This document shows, piece by piece, positions 52,118 to 62,197 of a stretch of DNA of 64,000 bases. Position 1 is the first letter of the stretch. The number at the start of each line of letters is the position of its first letter. This DNA is from Candidatus Poribacteria bacterium. GTDB taxonomy: Bacteria > Poribacteria > WGA-4E > WGA-3G. The position numbers and the translations under genes are program-made. The DNA lies in the NCBI GenBank assembly GCA_965197475.1, contig CBDANF010000002.1, forward strand, positions 96,001 through 160,000, in the 5' to 3' direction. The notes below the pieces were generated by a model. The model ran no database searches. It was not told the DNA's origin and was given only the letters and a program-made list of their open reading frames with translations.

Positions 52118-52189
52118 CGTTTCAGACTCCTTTTTGTAAAACGTTTTCAACATCCAATTCTTGCACTTCAGAAGATTTGTCATGAAAAA

Positions 52190-53587
52190 CTAAACCTGAA
52201 TCGGAGCAAACTGCCCCTCATTAGGTTCCGCTCAGCAGAACCATGCTTCTGTTATTCGTGGTGCGGATAGATGGTTACGGCACAACGGCGTGTGCCTACT
52301 ACCATGCATATCGGCAGCAAGTTCCCATATCTGGTAAAAAGTATCCAACGTATCAACACCGATTCGCGCGTCATTTTCTACAAGAACATTGACTGTTTTA
52401 TGAAGTTCATCCATCCGTGCGTCGGGATGCCTCCAAATATAACTAAAGGCGGTATCATCAAGGGTGAGGGAAAGTTCTTTCGTTTCGGAACGGTTAAGTA
52501 TATATGAACCGGGCGGAATTAGCAACCGAACAGCATACTGCACAGGATCAACATGATAAATGAGGCGATGTGTATCAACGAATTCAAGGATTTCAAGATA
52601 ATCGTCTAAGGTTGTCCACGGTGTAAACGGCACCCAGGTAGGACGTAGTGCGATGCCAGCACCGTGAACGATCTCAAGTGCGGTTTCAACATCCGCGCGA
52701 GTGTGATGTTTTTCCAAAATCGTTAACACCGCCCCGCTCAATGATTCCACAGCAGAGATGATAAACCGGCATCCAAGTTCAGCAAATTCAGCAAAGTGTT
52801 TCCTGTGTTTAAGAATATGCTCAATCTTAGTTGTAAAGTCAAAAGTAAGATCAGGAAAAACTTCGTGCATTGTGCGGAGAATGCGGAGTCCGTGCATCGG
52901 TCCGTTAAGAAAATCTGGGTCGCCGAACGTGATATGCGTTGCACCTTCTGCTACCTGTTTCTGAATTTCATCTAACACCGTTTCTCGTTGGACAGCAAAA
53001 AACTTTCCGTTATAGACTGGCGGAATAGGACAGTGTGTGCAAAGATGCTTACATCCGTGCGTTGTCTCTGTATACCCGACGGTTCGCACTTCACTGTTAT
53101 CTTCAAATTTTGCGTATTTTTCTAATGGGACTAATTTTCCAACAGGTAAACCGATTCGGTGTGACTCAGATTGTTTTTCTTCTATAAGGGATTGCACTAA
53201 CTTTACAAGTTGTCTTGAGGCTTCGCCACCGATGCAAAAATCAACCCCATGTGAAAACAGATACTCTGCATTAAGTTCCGCGTAAAGTCCATACATGCAA
53301 ATTGAGACATCGGGATTGAGATCGCGAATTCGTTGGAGAAGGTGAACACCGAGTCGTAAGGCAGTATGCATCGGAACAGAGATACCGATAAACCGAGCAC
53401 GTTTGACTTTCTCGGCATCCAGCGGTTGGACAGCAATGTCAATCGCATCAGGGGAAAATCCGGCAGATTCAAGCGCACTAAGTGGGCGTGTAAGTCCCAT
53501 CGGTCGGTGCCCGAGTTCGTAGCAAGAGATTAAGAGGACTGCACCGGGGGCGTACATCGCTGAGGGGTTTCGTATTTCCGTTTCCAT
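52190..53587 (-). CDS. CUAEP-tail radical SAM selenoprotein (B12-binding-like N-terminus)
   Basis: CKHLCTHC; reading through TGA 52232-52234 gives WFC-U-AEPNEGQFAPIQV to TAG 52190. Confidence 0.88.
52192..52231 (-). promoter_or_regulatory. candidate bacterial SECIS element
   Basis: Immediately 3' of the UGA: AACCU..GGGGCA-GUU-UGCUCC..AGGUU stem-loop. Confidence 0.6.
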
Positions 53588-53655
53588 ACTGAATAGGATA
53601 GCACGCTATCACCGAATACGCAACAGTATTTAATGCTTTTCCCTAAGCAGGTGCT

Positions 53656-55104
53656 CTATAAATAAGGATAGGTGGCATCGGGTTGATAGTCCGGTAACAG
53701 AGCATTATGAGTTTGTCCTACTATGAGACTTTTGCCATCCGTAAAGCCTTCAGGTCGGTCACGGAGAAACTCAATCAGGCGATTTCGCCAAGGCGTTAAG
53801 CGAGTTTCAGCGTCGCTCTGGCTCGCCAAATCGTGTGTTTCATGCGGATCCTCCTGCAGATTGAAGAGATGTTCTCTGCCCGTTTGGGAATACCAGATGT
53901 ATTTGTGGTGTCCATCAGTCACATAGTGGTTGCCGTGCTTGTAATTGTAGCAACCGGAGTGCTCGCCGTGTAGACAGTCTCTCACCCGGTCAGTATCACC
54001 TCGCATGATGGGTAGTAGGCTTTTACCGGTGCAGGGACTGGGAATCTCAATATTTGCAGCGTCAAGAATAGTGGGCATGATGTCCTGCAAGCCTACGGGG
54101 CTTTGGCAGATGGTTTCTTTCGGATAACCCCATTTCGCTGGTGCGCGTATTAGAAAAGGCACTCGAGCAGAGGCTTCGTAAGGAAAGGTTTTTCGGAACA
54201 TGTTGTGATCGCCCAACATTTCACCGTGGTCGGAAGTGAAAATAAGGAGACAGTCATTCAACCCGCCGGCAGACTGGATCAGACGTCCGATCTGATCGTC
54301 AATGAAATTAATTATCCCATAATAGGCAGCGCGGGCACAGTGCATATCGTGACTGTCAAGGCTAATCTCCCAAGCATTTGGATTCAACCCCCTCTGAGTG
54401 CCCTCAAATTGAGGTGCCCAGTCGCCGACCACGGGTGGTGGAAGATCCCGCTGGATGTAGCGTTCGTAATAGTGTGCTGGTGGTGTCAGCGGTGGGTGCG
54501 GGTCTATAAAGGAGATGTTGAGGAAAAAGGGCACCGTCGGGTCGCGTTTCCGCAGAAAATTGAGGGCGCGGTCAATACACCAGAAGGTGTGCATCTGCTC
54601 TTCGGGTAAGTGATGCGGACGACCAACCCATCCGTTCGCAGAAACACCGTGTGCCATACCTGGTTCAAAGTCATTACGATGGTGGTATTGTTGCAACCAC
54701 TCGACGTAGTCGTTGTTTGCGGTTCCATGCGTAGCATCGGACAATTGGAGGTGATCAAAACCGTATCGCTTGCGCGGCGGCGACAGATGTAGTTTGCCGA
54801 TCATCTCGGTTTGATAACCGGCTGCGGATAATTCGCCAGCAAGGGTATAGGGCGGATTCCACTGTGCTCCTGTATATCCAACCATTCCGTTGGCAGCAGG
54901 TGCGGTACCGGTCATTATACCACGCCGGGCAGGAATACAACTCGGACATTCAGCGTACCCGCGGTGGAAGTGCGTGCCGCTACGACCGATCCAGTCCAAG
55001 TTCGGTGTTTGCAGACAGCTGGGACCGTCAGGATCCAGACCCAAACAGTCGCCACGTTGTTGGTCGGTGGTAATTAACACGATATTAGGACGAGTTTCAG
55101 ACAT
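53656..55104 (-). CDS. sulfatase (arylsulfatase-like)
   Basis: RPNIVLITTDQ, CIPAR, GKLH, PHPP, SDHGEMLGDH. Confidence 0.93.
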   Translation of the reverse strand: MSETRPNIVLITTDQQRGDCLGLDPDGPSCLQTPNLDWIGRSGTHFHRGYAECPSCIPARRGIMTGTAPAANGMVGYTGAQWNPPYTLAGELSAAGYQTEMIGKLHLSPPRKRYGFDHLQLSDATHGTANNDYVEWLQQYHHRNDFEPGMAHGVSANGWVGRPHHLPEEQMHTFWCIDRALNFLRKRDPTVPFFLNISFIDPHPPLTPPAHYYERYIQRDLPPPVVGDWAPQFEGTQRGLNPNAWEISLDSHDMHCARAAYYGIINFIDDQIGRLIQSAGGLNDCLLIFTSDHGEMLGDHNMFRKTFPYEASARVPFLIRAPAKWGYPKETICQSPVGLQDIMPTILDAANIEIPSPCTGKSLLPIMRGDTDRVRDCLHGEHSGCYNYKHGNHYVTDGHHKYIWYSQTGREHLFNLQEDPHETHDLASQSDAETRLTPWRNRLIEFLRDRPEGFTDGKSLIVGQTHNALLPDYQPDATYPYL

Positions 55105-55568
55105 CTCAAACTCCATGTTGGGAAACGTCAAATTGTGGTTCAACGTTTGGTTAGGTTTTGTTAGACAATATAACATACATGTTGATGGATATCAAAGAAA
55201 TAATTCCTTAGAACAGAGTCATTCAAATGTTGTGTGATTAGAAACATAGGCACAACCTGTGACGATCTTATTTGAATAATAATGTCAATTTAGCATATCA
55301 TTTTCTATATTATGTACGCTAAAATAATAAAAAATAATTATTTGACTTTTGGTGTCATTATGTTGTATAATTAAATGTGATAAAAAGATATATATATAAG
55401 GTAATATCATAGATATATCTACTTTACAAAACGGAATCTGTGAATCTGTATATGTCGTTGAAATGTTGTTAATTAAACCTAAATGATATAATTTTCGTCA
55501 AATAGATAAAACATTATAAAGAATTTAAGTTAGTCGTTAACTACAAGAAACAGAGGTGAATACAAAAA

Positions 55569-56288
55569 ATGGCTAGAACTAAAGACCTTGCAATGATTCA
55601 CGGTTCAGCGTTTTACTTTGCCCATATCTCGCGCGATAAAAAGAAAATAGCTAATCACTTCGGTGTAACAGAACGGACCATAGAGCGATGGTCAAAAGAA
55701 CCTGAATGGGAACAAGCATTGAACGCCTGGGGATACGCCGGTGATAGATCTTTCACACCACCACCCCGTCGTGATATTGCATATAAGTCCAGAGATAGCT
55801 ATGAGAAGGCGAGAGCGATTTACATTGAAGCACTACAGGCAGGGGAACCAGACCACAAACTTGCTACGATCGCGGGGGAGGCAACTGGACTACCACCAGC
55901 AACAATTCGTAGGTGGGCTATGAAACACCGGTGGCGAGACTATTATTGGGATAGCAATGTATCAAACAGAGAGATTGAAACTTTTACAGGTGGTTCAGGT
56001 ACACCGTACGAGCTTGAGTGTTATAACATTTTATCAGAGTTTCCAGGTGTCGGAGCGGTCTATATATTCACAAAACGTTATGCTGCATCAGGAAAAAACA
56101 TTCATGAACCTTTGTACATCGGTCAAACACGATCATTGGAAGGCAGTTTTTATGACCCCAAAAAATTCGATTGCGTTAAGAAAAAAGGTGGGAATATTAT
56201 CTGCGTCCACCGTGAGAAAATTGAATTTTTGCGTCGTCAAAAAGAAAACGATCTGATTGCGGTACTCAACCCTATTTGTAATGAATAA
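55569..56288 (+). CDS. tandem HTH plus GIY-YIG-like domain protein
   Basis: IANHFGVTERTIERW and GLPPATIRRW HTHs; AVYIF..LYIGQT..KENDLI..NPICN. Confidence 0.65.
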   Translation: MARTKDLAMIHGSAFYFAHISRDKKKIANHFGVTERTIERWSKEPEWEQALNAWGYAGDRSFTPPPRRDIAYKSRDSYEKARAIYIEALQAGEPDHKLATIAGEATGLPPATIRRWAMKHRWRDYYWDSNVSNREIETFTGGSGTPYELECYNILSEFPGVGAVYIFTKRYAASGKNIHEPLYIGQTRSLEGSFYDPKKFDCVKKKGGNIICVHREKIEFLRRQKENDLIAVLNPICNE

Positions 56289-56453
56289 ATACCGCACACA
56301 CATATCACTCTGTTGAGGAGCATAATGTCAAGTATCGTTGCGAAAGTTCTAATTATGAGAAAACTTGTAATATTTTTTGTCGTAGTGTGGATGATCTTGA
56401 TAGCGGTTTTGCTTCAGGGTTGTGCACATGTAAATGAAAGGAGTACATCTAAA

Positions 56454-56747
56454 ATGAAAAACCTAAATATCTCAGTTCTACGTGACCGAAAAATCCCTAT
56501 CAGCCTCGTCCAATATCGCAACCTCTATGAGGATGACCCAACCCATGAACCCGATTGGAAACTTCTGTTTTTTGACGAGAAAGTTGGCTTTAACAACGGT
56601 AACATCGTCCTGGTTGCCCAAGATTTTTATCTTGTAGATGGCGACACGCTTATCCATATTTGTCCGGTATCTGACCAGCGAACCACAAATGAACGAATTA
56701 TACCATACCTACAATCTAAAATTGACCGTGAAACGTTGATAAAGTAA
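56454..56747 (+). CDS. hypothetical 97-aa protein, copy 1 (in frame with an upstream lipoprotein signal from 56356)
   Basis: GAAAGGAG RBS; protein identical to copy 2. Confidence 0.7.
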   Translation: MKNLNISVLRDRKIPISLVQYRNLYEDDPTHEPDWKLLFFDEKVGFNNGNIVLVAQDFYLVDGDTLIHICPVSDQRTTNERIIPYLQSKIDRETLIK

Positions 56748-56927
56748 TTTTTTTCTATTATAACGCGAGTTCGGCAAACAACACTTTATTATGTCATAAT
56801 AAAGTGTTGTTTTTATTGATAAGTTTCCTATAAAACCTTATTTTATCTCAAAAAAAAATAGATTTGACTTTCCTGAACAAAATGTAGTATAATATAGATA
56901 TACTACAAAATATGGAGGTACAAAGAA

Positions 56928-57662
56928 ATGAAACCTATAATTGGAATCCCAAAGTGTTATAAATTTGAGAATTACAAATACGCAGTTAAGAAACATGGTG
57001 GAGAGGTTATTATATTATACATCAGTGATGAAGTAGACATGACGAAACTCGACGGACTTTTACTCCCTGGTGGAGGTGATATTGCTCCAGAAAGATATCA
57101 TGAACCGCGCCATCCTAAAACGAAATATGTTAACGAGGAACGTGATGAATTCGAAATATCGCTTTTCAATGAGGCAATTGATAAAGATATTCCTGTCTTT
57201 GGTATTTGCCGTGGTATTCAGATTATGAATGTTGCAATGGGTGGAAGTTTGTATCAGGATATAGAAGATTTATACCCACGACCTGCATGCAAGCATGATG
57301 GGAAACCCGATGATGATTGGCATGAAATTGAATCTGGCAGTAAGTTAATGGATATTGTAAATGAAAGTACAGATAAAGTCAATTCTGCACACCATCAAGC
57401 AATAAAAGAGATTGGAAAAAGTTTAGTCAACACAGCACATAATCAGGCAATAGACGATATTGGCGAGGGATTGGTTGTCACTGCACAATCAGAAGATGGA
57501 ATTATAGAAGCTGTGGAATATCCATCACAGCAGTGGCGTATAGGCGTACAATATCACCCAGAGAGAATGTGGATAGATAAGAACTTACCTTTATGTCAAC
57601 GTGAATTTCTTGAGCATGCAAAAAGATTATTTGAAGCGTTTATCAGCGCTGCGTCGAGCTAA
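56928..57662 (+). CDS. peptidase C26 / gamma-glutamyl-GABA hydrolase (PuuD-like), paralog 1
   Basis: DGLLLPGGGD, GICRGIQ, VNSAHHQ, GVQYHPE. Confidence 0.92.
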   Translation: MKPIIGIPKCYKFENYKYAVKKHGGEVIILYISDEVDMTKLDGLLLPGGGDIAPERYHEPRHPKTKYVNEERDEFEISLFNEAIDKDIPVFGICRGIQIMNVAMGGSLYQDIEDLYPRPACKHDGKPDDDWHEIESGSKLMDIVNESTDKVNSAHHQAIKEIGKSLVNTAHNQAIDDIGEGLVVTAQSEDGIIEAVEYPSQQWRIGVQYHPERMWIDKNLPLCQREFLEHAKRLFEAFISAASS

Positions 57663-57914
57663 GTGTTTTATAGGTCGGCTGTAGTGATTAACAGGATATT
57701 CGGACGGACATCAGACATCTCAAAACTCCATGTTGGGAAACATTAAACCGTGGTTCGACGTTTTGTTAACAACGTAACATGCATAAAGTCGTTATTAATT
57801 TGCGTTTTATCTCTATTTCCATTCAAAAAACCCTATTTTCTGCTATTTATAGATAAAAATACTCAATTTAATTTGACTTTATAGAGTGTTTAATACTATA
57901 ATTATAATAGTAAG

Positions 57915-58001
57915 TGAAAAGGAGAGGCTGCCACCTCTCCTCCGAACCCTGTATTTACAAAACCACAATCAACCATAATTACGGTTTTTGCCTTAAGGTT
58001 T
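57915..58001 (-). ncRNA. candidate small RNA of about 85 nt
   Basis: Perfect TTGACA-17-TATAAT at 58036-58008 (minus strand), long internal stem, terminator AGGAGAGG-TGGCAG-CCTCTCCTTTT. Confidence 0.55.
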
Positions 58002-58090
58002 TTCCTAATTATACCACCAAAACACCTTTTTGTCAAAAACCCATCTCATTGTTTCTGAAGATTCCACTAAAAGAAAGGAGTACATCTAAA

Positions 58091-58384
58091 ATGAAAAACC
58101 TAAATATCTCAGTTCTACGTGACCGAAAAATCCCTATCAGCCTCGTCCAATATCGCAACCTCTATGAGGATGACCCAACCCATGAACCCGATTGGAAACT
58201 TCTGTTTTTTGACGAGAAAGTTGGCTTTAACAACGGTAACATCGTCCTGGTTGCCCAAGATTTTTATCTTGTAGATGGCGACACGCTTATCCATATTTGT
58301 CCGGTATCTGACCAGCGAACCACGAATGAACGAATTATACCATACCTACAATCTAAAATTGACCGTGAAACGTTGATAAAGTAA
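58091..58384 (+). CDS. hypothetical 97-aa protein, copy 2
   Basis: Same RBS and protein as 56454. Confidence 0.7.
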   Translation: MKNLNISVLRDRKIPISLVQYRNLYEDDPTHEPDWKLLFFDEKVGFNNGNIVLVAQDFYLVDGDTLIHICPVSDQRTTNERIIPYLQSKIDRETLIK

Positions 58385-58567
58385 TTTTTTTCTATTATAA
58401 CGCGAGTTCGGCAAACAACACTTTATTATGTCATAATAAAGTGTTGTTTTTATTGATAAGTTTCCTATAAAACCTTATTTTATCTCAAAAAAAAATAGAT
58501 TTGACTTTCCTGAAGAAATGTAGTATAATATAGATATACTACAAAGTATGGAGGTACAAAGAAAGAA

Positions 58568-59281
58568 ATGAAGCCTATAATTGGAATTCCCACCAAAACA
58601 TATCAATCTGAAAATTATGAGAAAGCAATCACGGATCATGAAGGCGAAGTTGAAATATTACCAATCCATAACAACAAAGATAAGGTTAAGGAATTTATTG
58701 CTAAAATTGATGGTCTTCTGCTCCCTGGCGGTATAGATATTCATCCAGACTATTATCATGAAAAGAAACATCCTGAAACAAATTGTGATGATGACAAAGT
58801 TCGTGATCAATTCGAAAGATCACTATTTAAGGAGGCGATGGAAAAAGATATTCCTGTCTTTGGTATTTGCAGGGGCATCCAAATCATGAATATTGCAATG
58901 GGCGGGAGTCTGTACCAACATATCCCAGACCATATCCCAGAATTCCTTCCCCCACTATTTCCAGACTTTCCAATTCATAAAAAGTATAGAGCTGATACAC
59001 AGCATGACATTAAGATCACAGCTGGAAGTCGACTAAGCCAAATTACAGGTGAAAGTACCGCAGAGGTAAATTCAAGTCATCATCAAGCAGTGAAAGTGAT
59101 TGGTGATGAATTAGTGGTGACTGCACAATCAAAAGATGGTATCATTGAAGCAATAGAATATCGATCAGATCAGTTTGTTATAGGCGTGCAATACCATCCG
59201 GAACGGATGCTACAAGAGTCAGAGCTCCGAGAACATGCCAAAAAGTTATTTGAAGAATTTATCAAAGCTGCGTCAGGATAG
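58568..59281 (+). CDS. peptidase C26 / gamma-glutamyl-GABA hydrolase (PuuD-like), paralog 2
   Basis: DGLLLPGGID, GICRGIQ, VNSSHHQ, GVQYHPE. Confidence 0.92.
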   Translation: MKPIIGIPTKTYQSENYEKAITDHEGEVEILPIHNNKDKVKEFIAKIDGLLLPGGIDIHPDYYHEKKHPETNCDDDKVRDQFERSLFKEAMEKDIPVFGICRGIQIMNIAMGGSLYQHIPDHIPEFLPPLFPDFPIHKKYRADTQHDIKITAGSRLSQITGESTAEVNSSHHQAVKVIGDELVVTAQSKDGIIEAIEYRSDQFVIGVQYHPERMLQESELREHAKKLFEEFIKAASG

Positions 59282-59686
59282 AGTATTTCTCATGTTCCAA
59301 ATTATGAAAAAGGTTCTAATATGCCTTAACGTGATTATGTCGCTGTAAGATGTTGATTATGGTTATATATTCTAAAATTATTCGCAACGTATTGAATATA
59401 ATATGTCAATTTAACATATCAATTAACTTTAGAATATACAAAAATACTTGACAATATAATATTAATTGTGTATAATTATAAAGGAGCGGTAAATGTAGAA
59501 ATTGAAAGCGATATAACATTAATTTTCAATGCTTATACGAGATAAAATTATGTCGGTATAGAATGTTATTTAAAAAATAAAAAGTTCATTAATAACGTTA
59601 AATAAATTTGCATTTCTATTTTATTCATGGTATAATATTTAGAAACAATTAATGTATGCATTTTACAGAAAGGAGAGAAACATAAC

Positions 59687-61834
59687 ATGCTAACTTTATT
59701 ATGCATAGAACAGAGCAGTGGTCGCGCAATCCCGTTTAAAATTGATCGTTACCAGATCAATATAGCAGTCAATAATCAACTTGCAAAAACAAGAATCTAC
59801 CAAACTTTCACTAATCCGAACGATTTTGAAGTAGAAGGTGCTTATATCTTCCCTGTCCCAGACGATACGGAGCATTCTAACTTTACACTTTCTATTGATG
59901 GAAAGCCGGTAAAAGGTGAATTGTATTCTCATGAGGAATCGCGTGAAGTTTATAGATCAAGTGCTCGTTTGAGTAATAATACAGCAATCCTTGAACATAT
60001 CAGGACACGTGCGTTTGTTGCAGAAGTGTCTGGAATCCCGGCAAATGGGGAGTGCTATATTCAGTTTGAGTATTCTCAGATTGTTCCTATAGAAAGCGAT
60101 CTCGCTAAGTACACGTATCCACTATCGCTTGCGAAATCCGCTGCTGGACGGATCGCGGACCTTACTGTTGAGATGGAGATTGAAAGCGAATCTGAGCTGA
60201 GAGCAATCTTTTCACCTTCACATGAAGTAGTCATCAACCGAAAGGACGACAACCATGCCCGTATCCGTTACGAAGGCAAGGATATAGATCCTGACGACAA
60301 TTTTGAATGCTACTACTCGGTTTCGGACGAAAATTTCGGGATGACTCTACTCACTCACCGCGCCGAGAAGGATGAAGATGGATATTTCATGCTTCTCATC
60401 TCACCTAAGTATGAGGTGAAGAAAACAGATATTATTGAAAAAGACTTCATCTTTGTGTTGGATCACTCAGGTAGCATGGCTGGAAGAAAGGTAGAACAAG
60501 CGAAAGCGGCACTCCGCTATTGTGTTCGGAATCTAAACGATGGTGATCGGTTTAACTTAATCCTATTCAACACAGATATAACATCTTTAGCAGACAGACT
60601 GAACAGGCGCGAAGAGTGGGGTGGTGGTGAACGCGGACACGGTTCTGCTGTCTTGTCTCATAAACTTATTGGTGTGAAAGACGGTAGTGAAAAAGCACTC
60701 GCCTTTATTGACAATATTGAAGCACGTGGTGGCACAAATATCAATGATGCCCTACTCACAGCGTTAGAGGAAAGACCGGATCCGAACCGTCCGAGAATCA
60801 TCGTTTTCCTTACCGATGGATGTCCAACTGTTGGCGTGACGAATGAAGTCCGAATACTTGAAAATGTAGCACAAGCGAATGGGAATCAATCCCGCATCTT
60901 TGTGTTCGGTGTAGGATACGACGTGAATGTTCGGTTACTGGATAAACACCCATCTGCCCTATGCCAAGATCGGCGTCGAGATCAGTACGACTTGAATGTT
61001 CGGTTGTTGGATAAATTGGCAGCGGATAACGGGGGCACCCGTAACTATGTAGAACCACATGAAGACATTGAAATCGTTGTATCCTCTCTTTTCAGAAAGA
61101 TGAACGAACCGGTTCTCGTGAATGTTGAACTTGACTTCGGACAGATTATTACGAAAGAGTTATCCCCGAGAAATCTTCCAGATATGTTTCGAGAGGAACA
61201 GTTTACCCTTTTTGGTAGATATGAGGACCACGGGGATACTGTCTTAAAACTGCGTGGGCACGTCGGTAGAGAACAACAGGAATTCTCTAAAAACGGGCAT
61301 TTCACAGAGATCGAAACGGACAACGATTTCTTGCCGCATCTCTGGGCACAACGCAGAATAGCAGAATTGGTGGATCAAGCGGTACTGTATGGTCTAAGTG
61401 AAGAACTCCGTAAAGAGATTGAACGTCTCATCAAAGATTACGGCGTAATAACAGAGCACATACGTTTCGTGTACGCAGACGACGGTTCGAGGAGGCTTGT
61501 GCTTGATATTGATAAGGCTTATGATCGGAGCAGACCTAAAGATGACGTTGTTAAGCGCAGCAAAAGAATCGAAAGGCAAAAAAACACACGGCACAAGATT
61601 CAGTATGATAAGACAAAATACATTGGACATAAGGCATTTTATCGCCATGGTGAAAAATGGATAGATACGAAATATGACGGACAATCGGAGCTGAAAAGAA
61701 TTGAGTTTGGTAGCAAAGAATACACTGATCTTGCTAACCTTTCTTACGATTTGGCAAAATGCTTCAAACTTCATCCCCCTATGATTATCTGCCACAACGG
61801 TGTGAATTATGAGATTACACCACGCAAGTCATAG
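59687..61834 (+). CDS. VIT and vWA domain protein
   Basis: QTFTNP..EGAYIFP; MIDAS DHSGSM, GGTNI, FLTDG; LWAQRRI. Confidence 0.9.
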   Translation: MLTLLCIEQSSGRAIPFKIDRYQINIAVNNQLAKTRIYQTFTNPNDFEVEGAYIFPVPDDTEHSNFTLSIDGKPVKGELYSHEESREVYRSSARLSNNTAILEHIRTRAFVAEVSGIPANGECYIQFEYSQIVPIESDLAKYTYPLSLAKSAAGRIADLTVEMEIESESELRAIFSPSHEVVINRKDDNHARIRYEGKDIDPDDNFECYYSVSDENFGMTLLTHRAEKDEDGYFMLLISPKYEVKKTDIIEKDFIFVLDHSGSMAGRKVEQAKAALRYCVRNLNDGDRFNLILFNTDITSLADRLNRREEWGGGERGHGSAVLSHKLIGVKDGSEKALAFIDNIEARGGTNINDALLTALEERPDPNRPRIIVFLTDGCPTVGVTNEVRILENVAQANGNQSRIFVFGVGYDVNVRLLDKHPSALCQDRRRDQYDLNVRLLDKLAADNGGTRNYVEPHEDIEIVVSSLFRKMNEPVLVNVELDFGQIITKELSPRNLPDMFREEQFTLFGRYEDHGDTVLKLRGHVGREQQEFSKNGHFTEIETDNDFLPHLWAQRRIAELVDQAVLYGLSEELRKEIERLIKDYGVITEHIRFVYADDGSRRLVLDIDKAYDRSRPKDDVVKRSKRIERQKNTRHKIQYDKTKYIGHKAFYRHGEKWIDTKYDGQSELKRIEFGSKEYTDLANLSYDLAKCFKLHPPMIICHNGVNYEITPRKS

Positions 61835-62197
61835 CCCATCCTTTCAGTCGGGGTCCTTCGTAGTGTGATATCAGTGTGCTAAAGCACGCGTCTGCAGATG
61901 CACAAGCACACGTACCCACACCTGTCCATGAAGAGGTTTGAGTATACGCCAATAACAGAACGTCTACTGCAGAGAATTACTACCTTTTTGCACAAAGTTA
62001 CATCTTCTGCGTATATAGCACTTAGAGTATTTCGCCTTTTGATGCGACTTTCCTCAAGTTCCGTAACAAAAATCGTCAACAAATGGGCTCTACGGCGTAT
62101 AAACGCTATAGAGAATCGCTCTTCGCTTAAAAGGTAGAACGTGCGGAGCAATGTAAGAAGAAGCACCAACACCGACGAATAACAAATAAATACACCT

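Larger units (their letters stand above)
56436..58590 (+). repeat. near-identical direct repeat of about 520 bp (56436-56958 and 58073-58590)
   Basis: Both copies contain the 97-aa ORF, a 37-bp palindrome, a promoter and the start of a C26 gene. Confidence 0.95.

Noticed and set aside
57914-58090. N-terminal extension of the 156-aa ORF in the track
   Set aside because: It spans promoter and terminator sequence; the shared RBS and copy 1 place the start at 58091.
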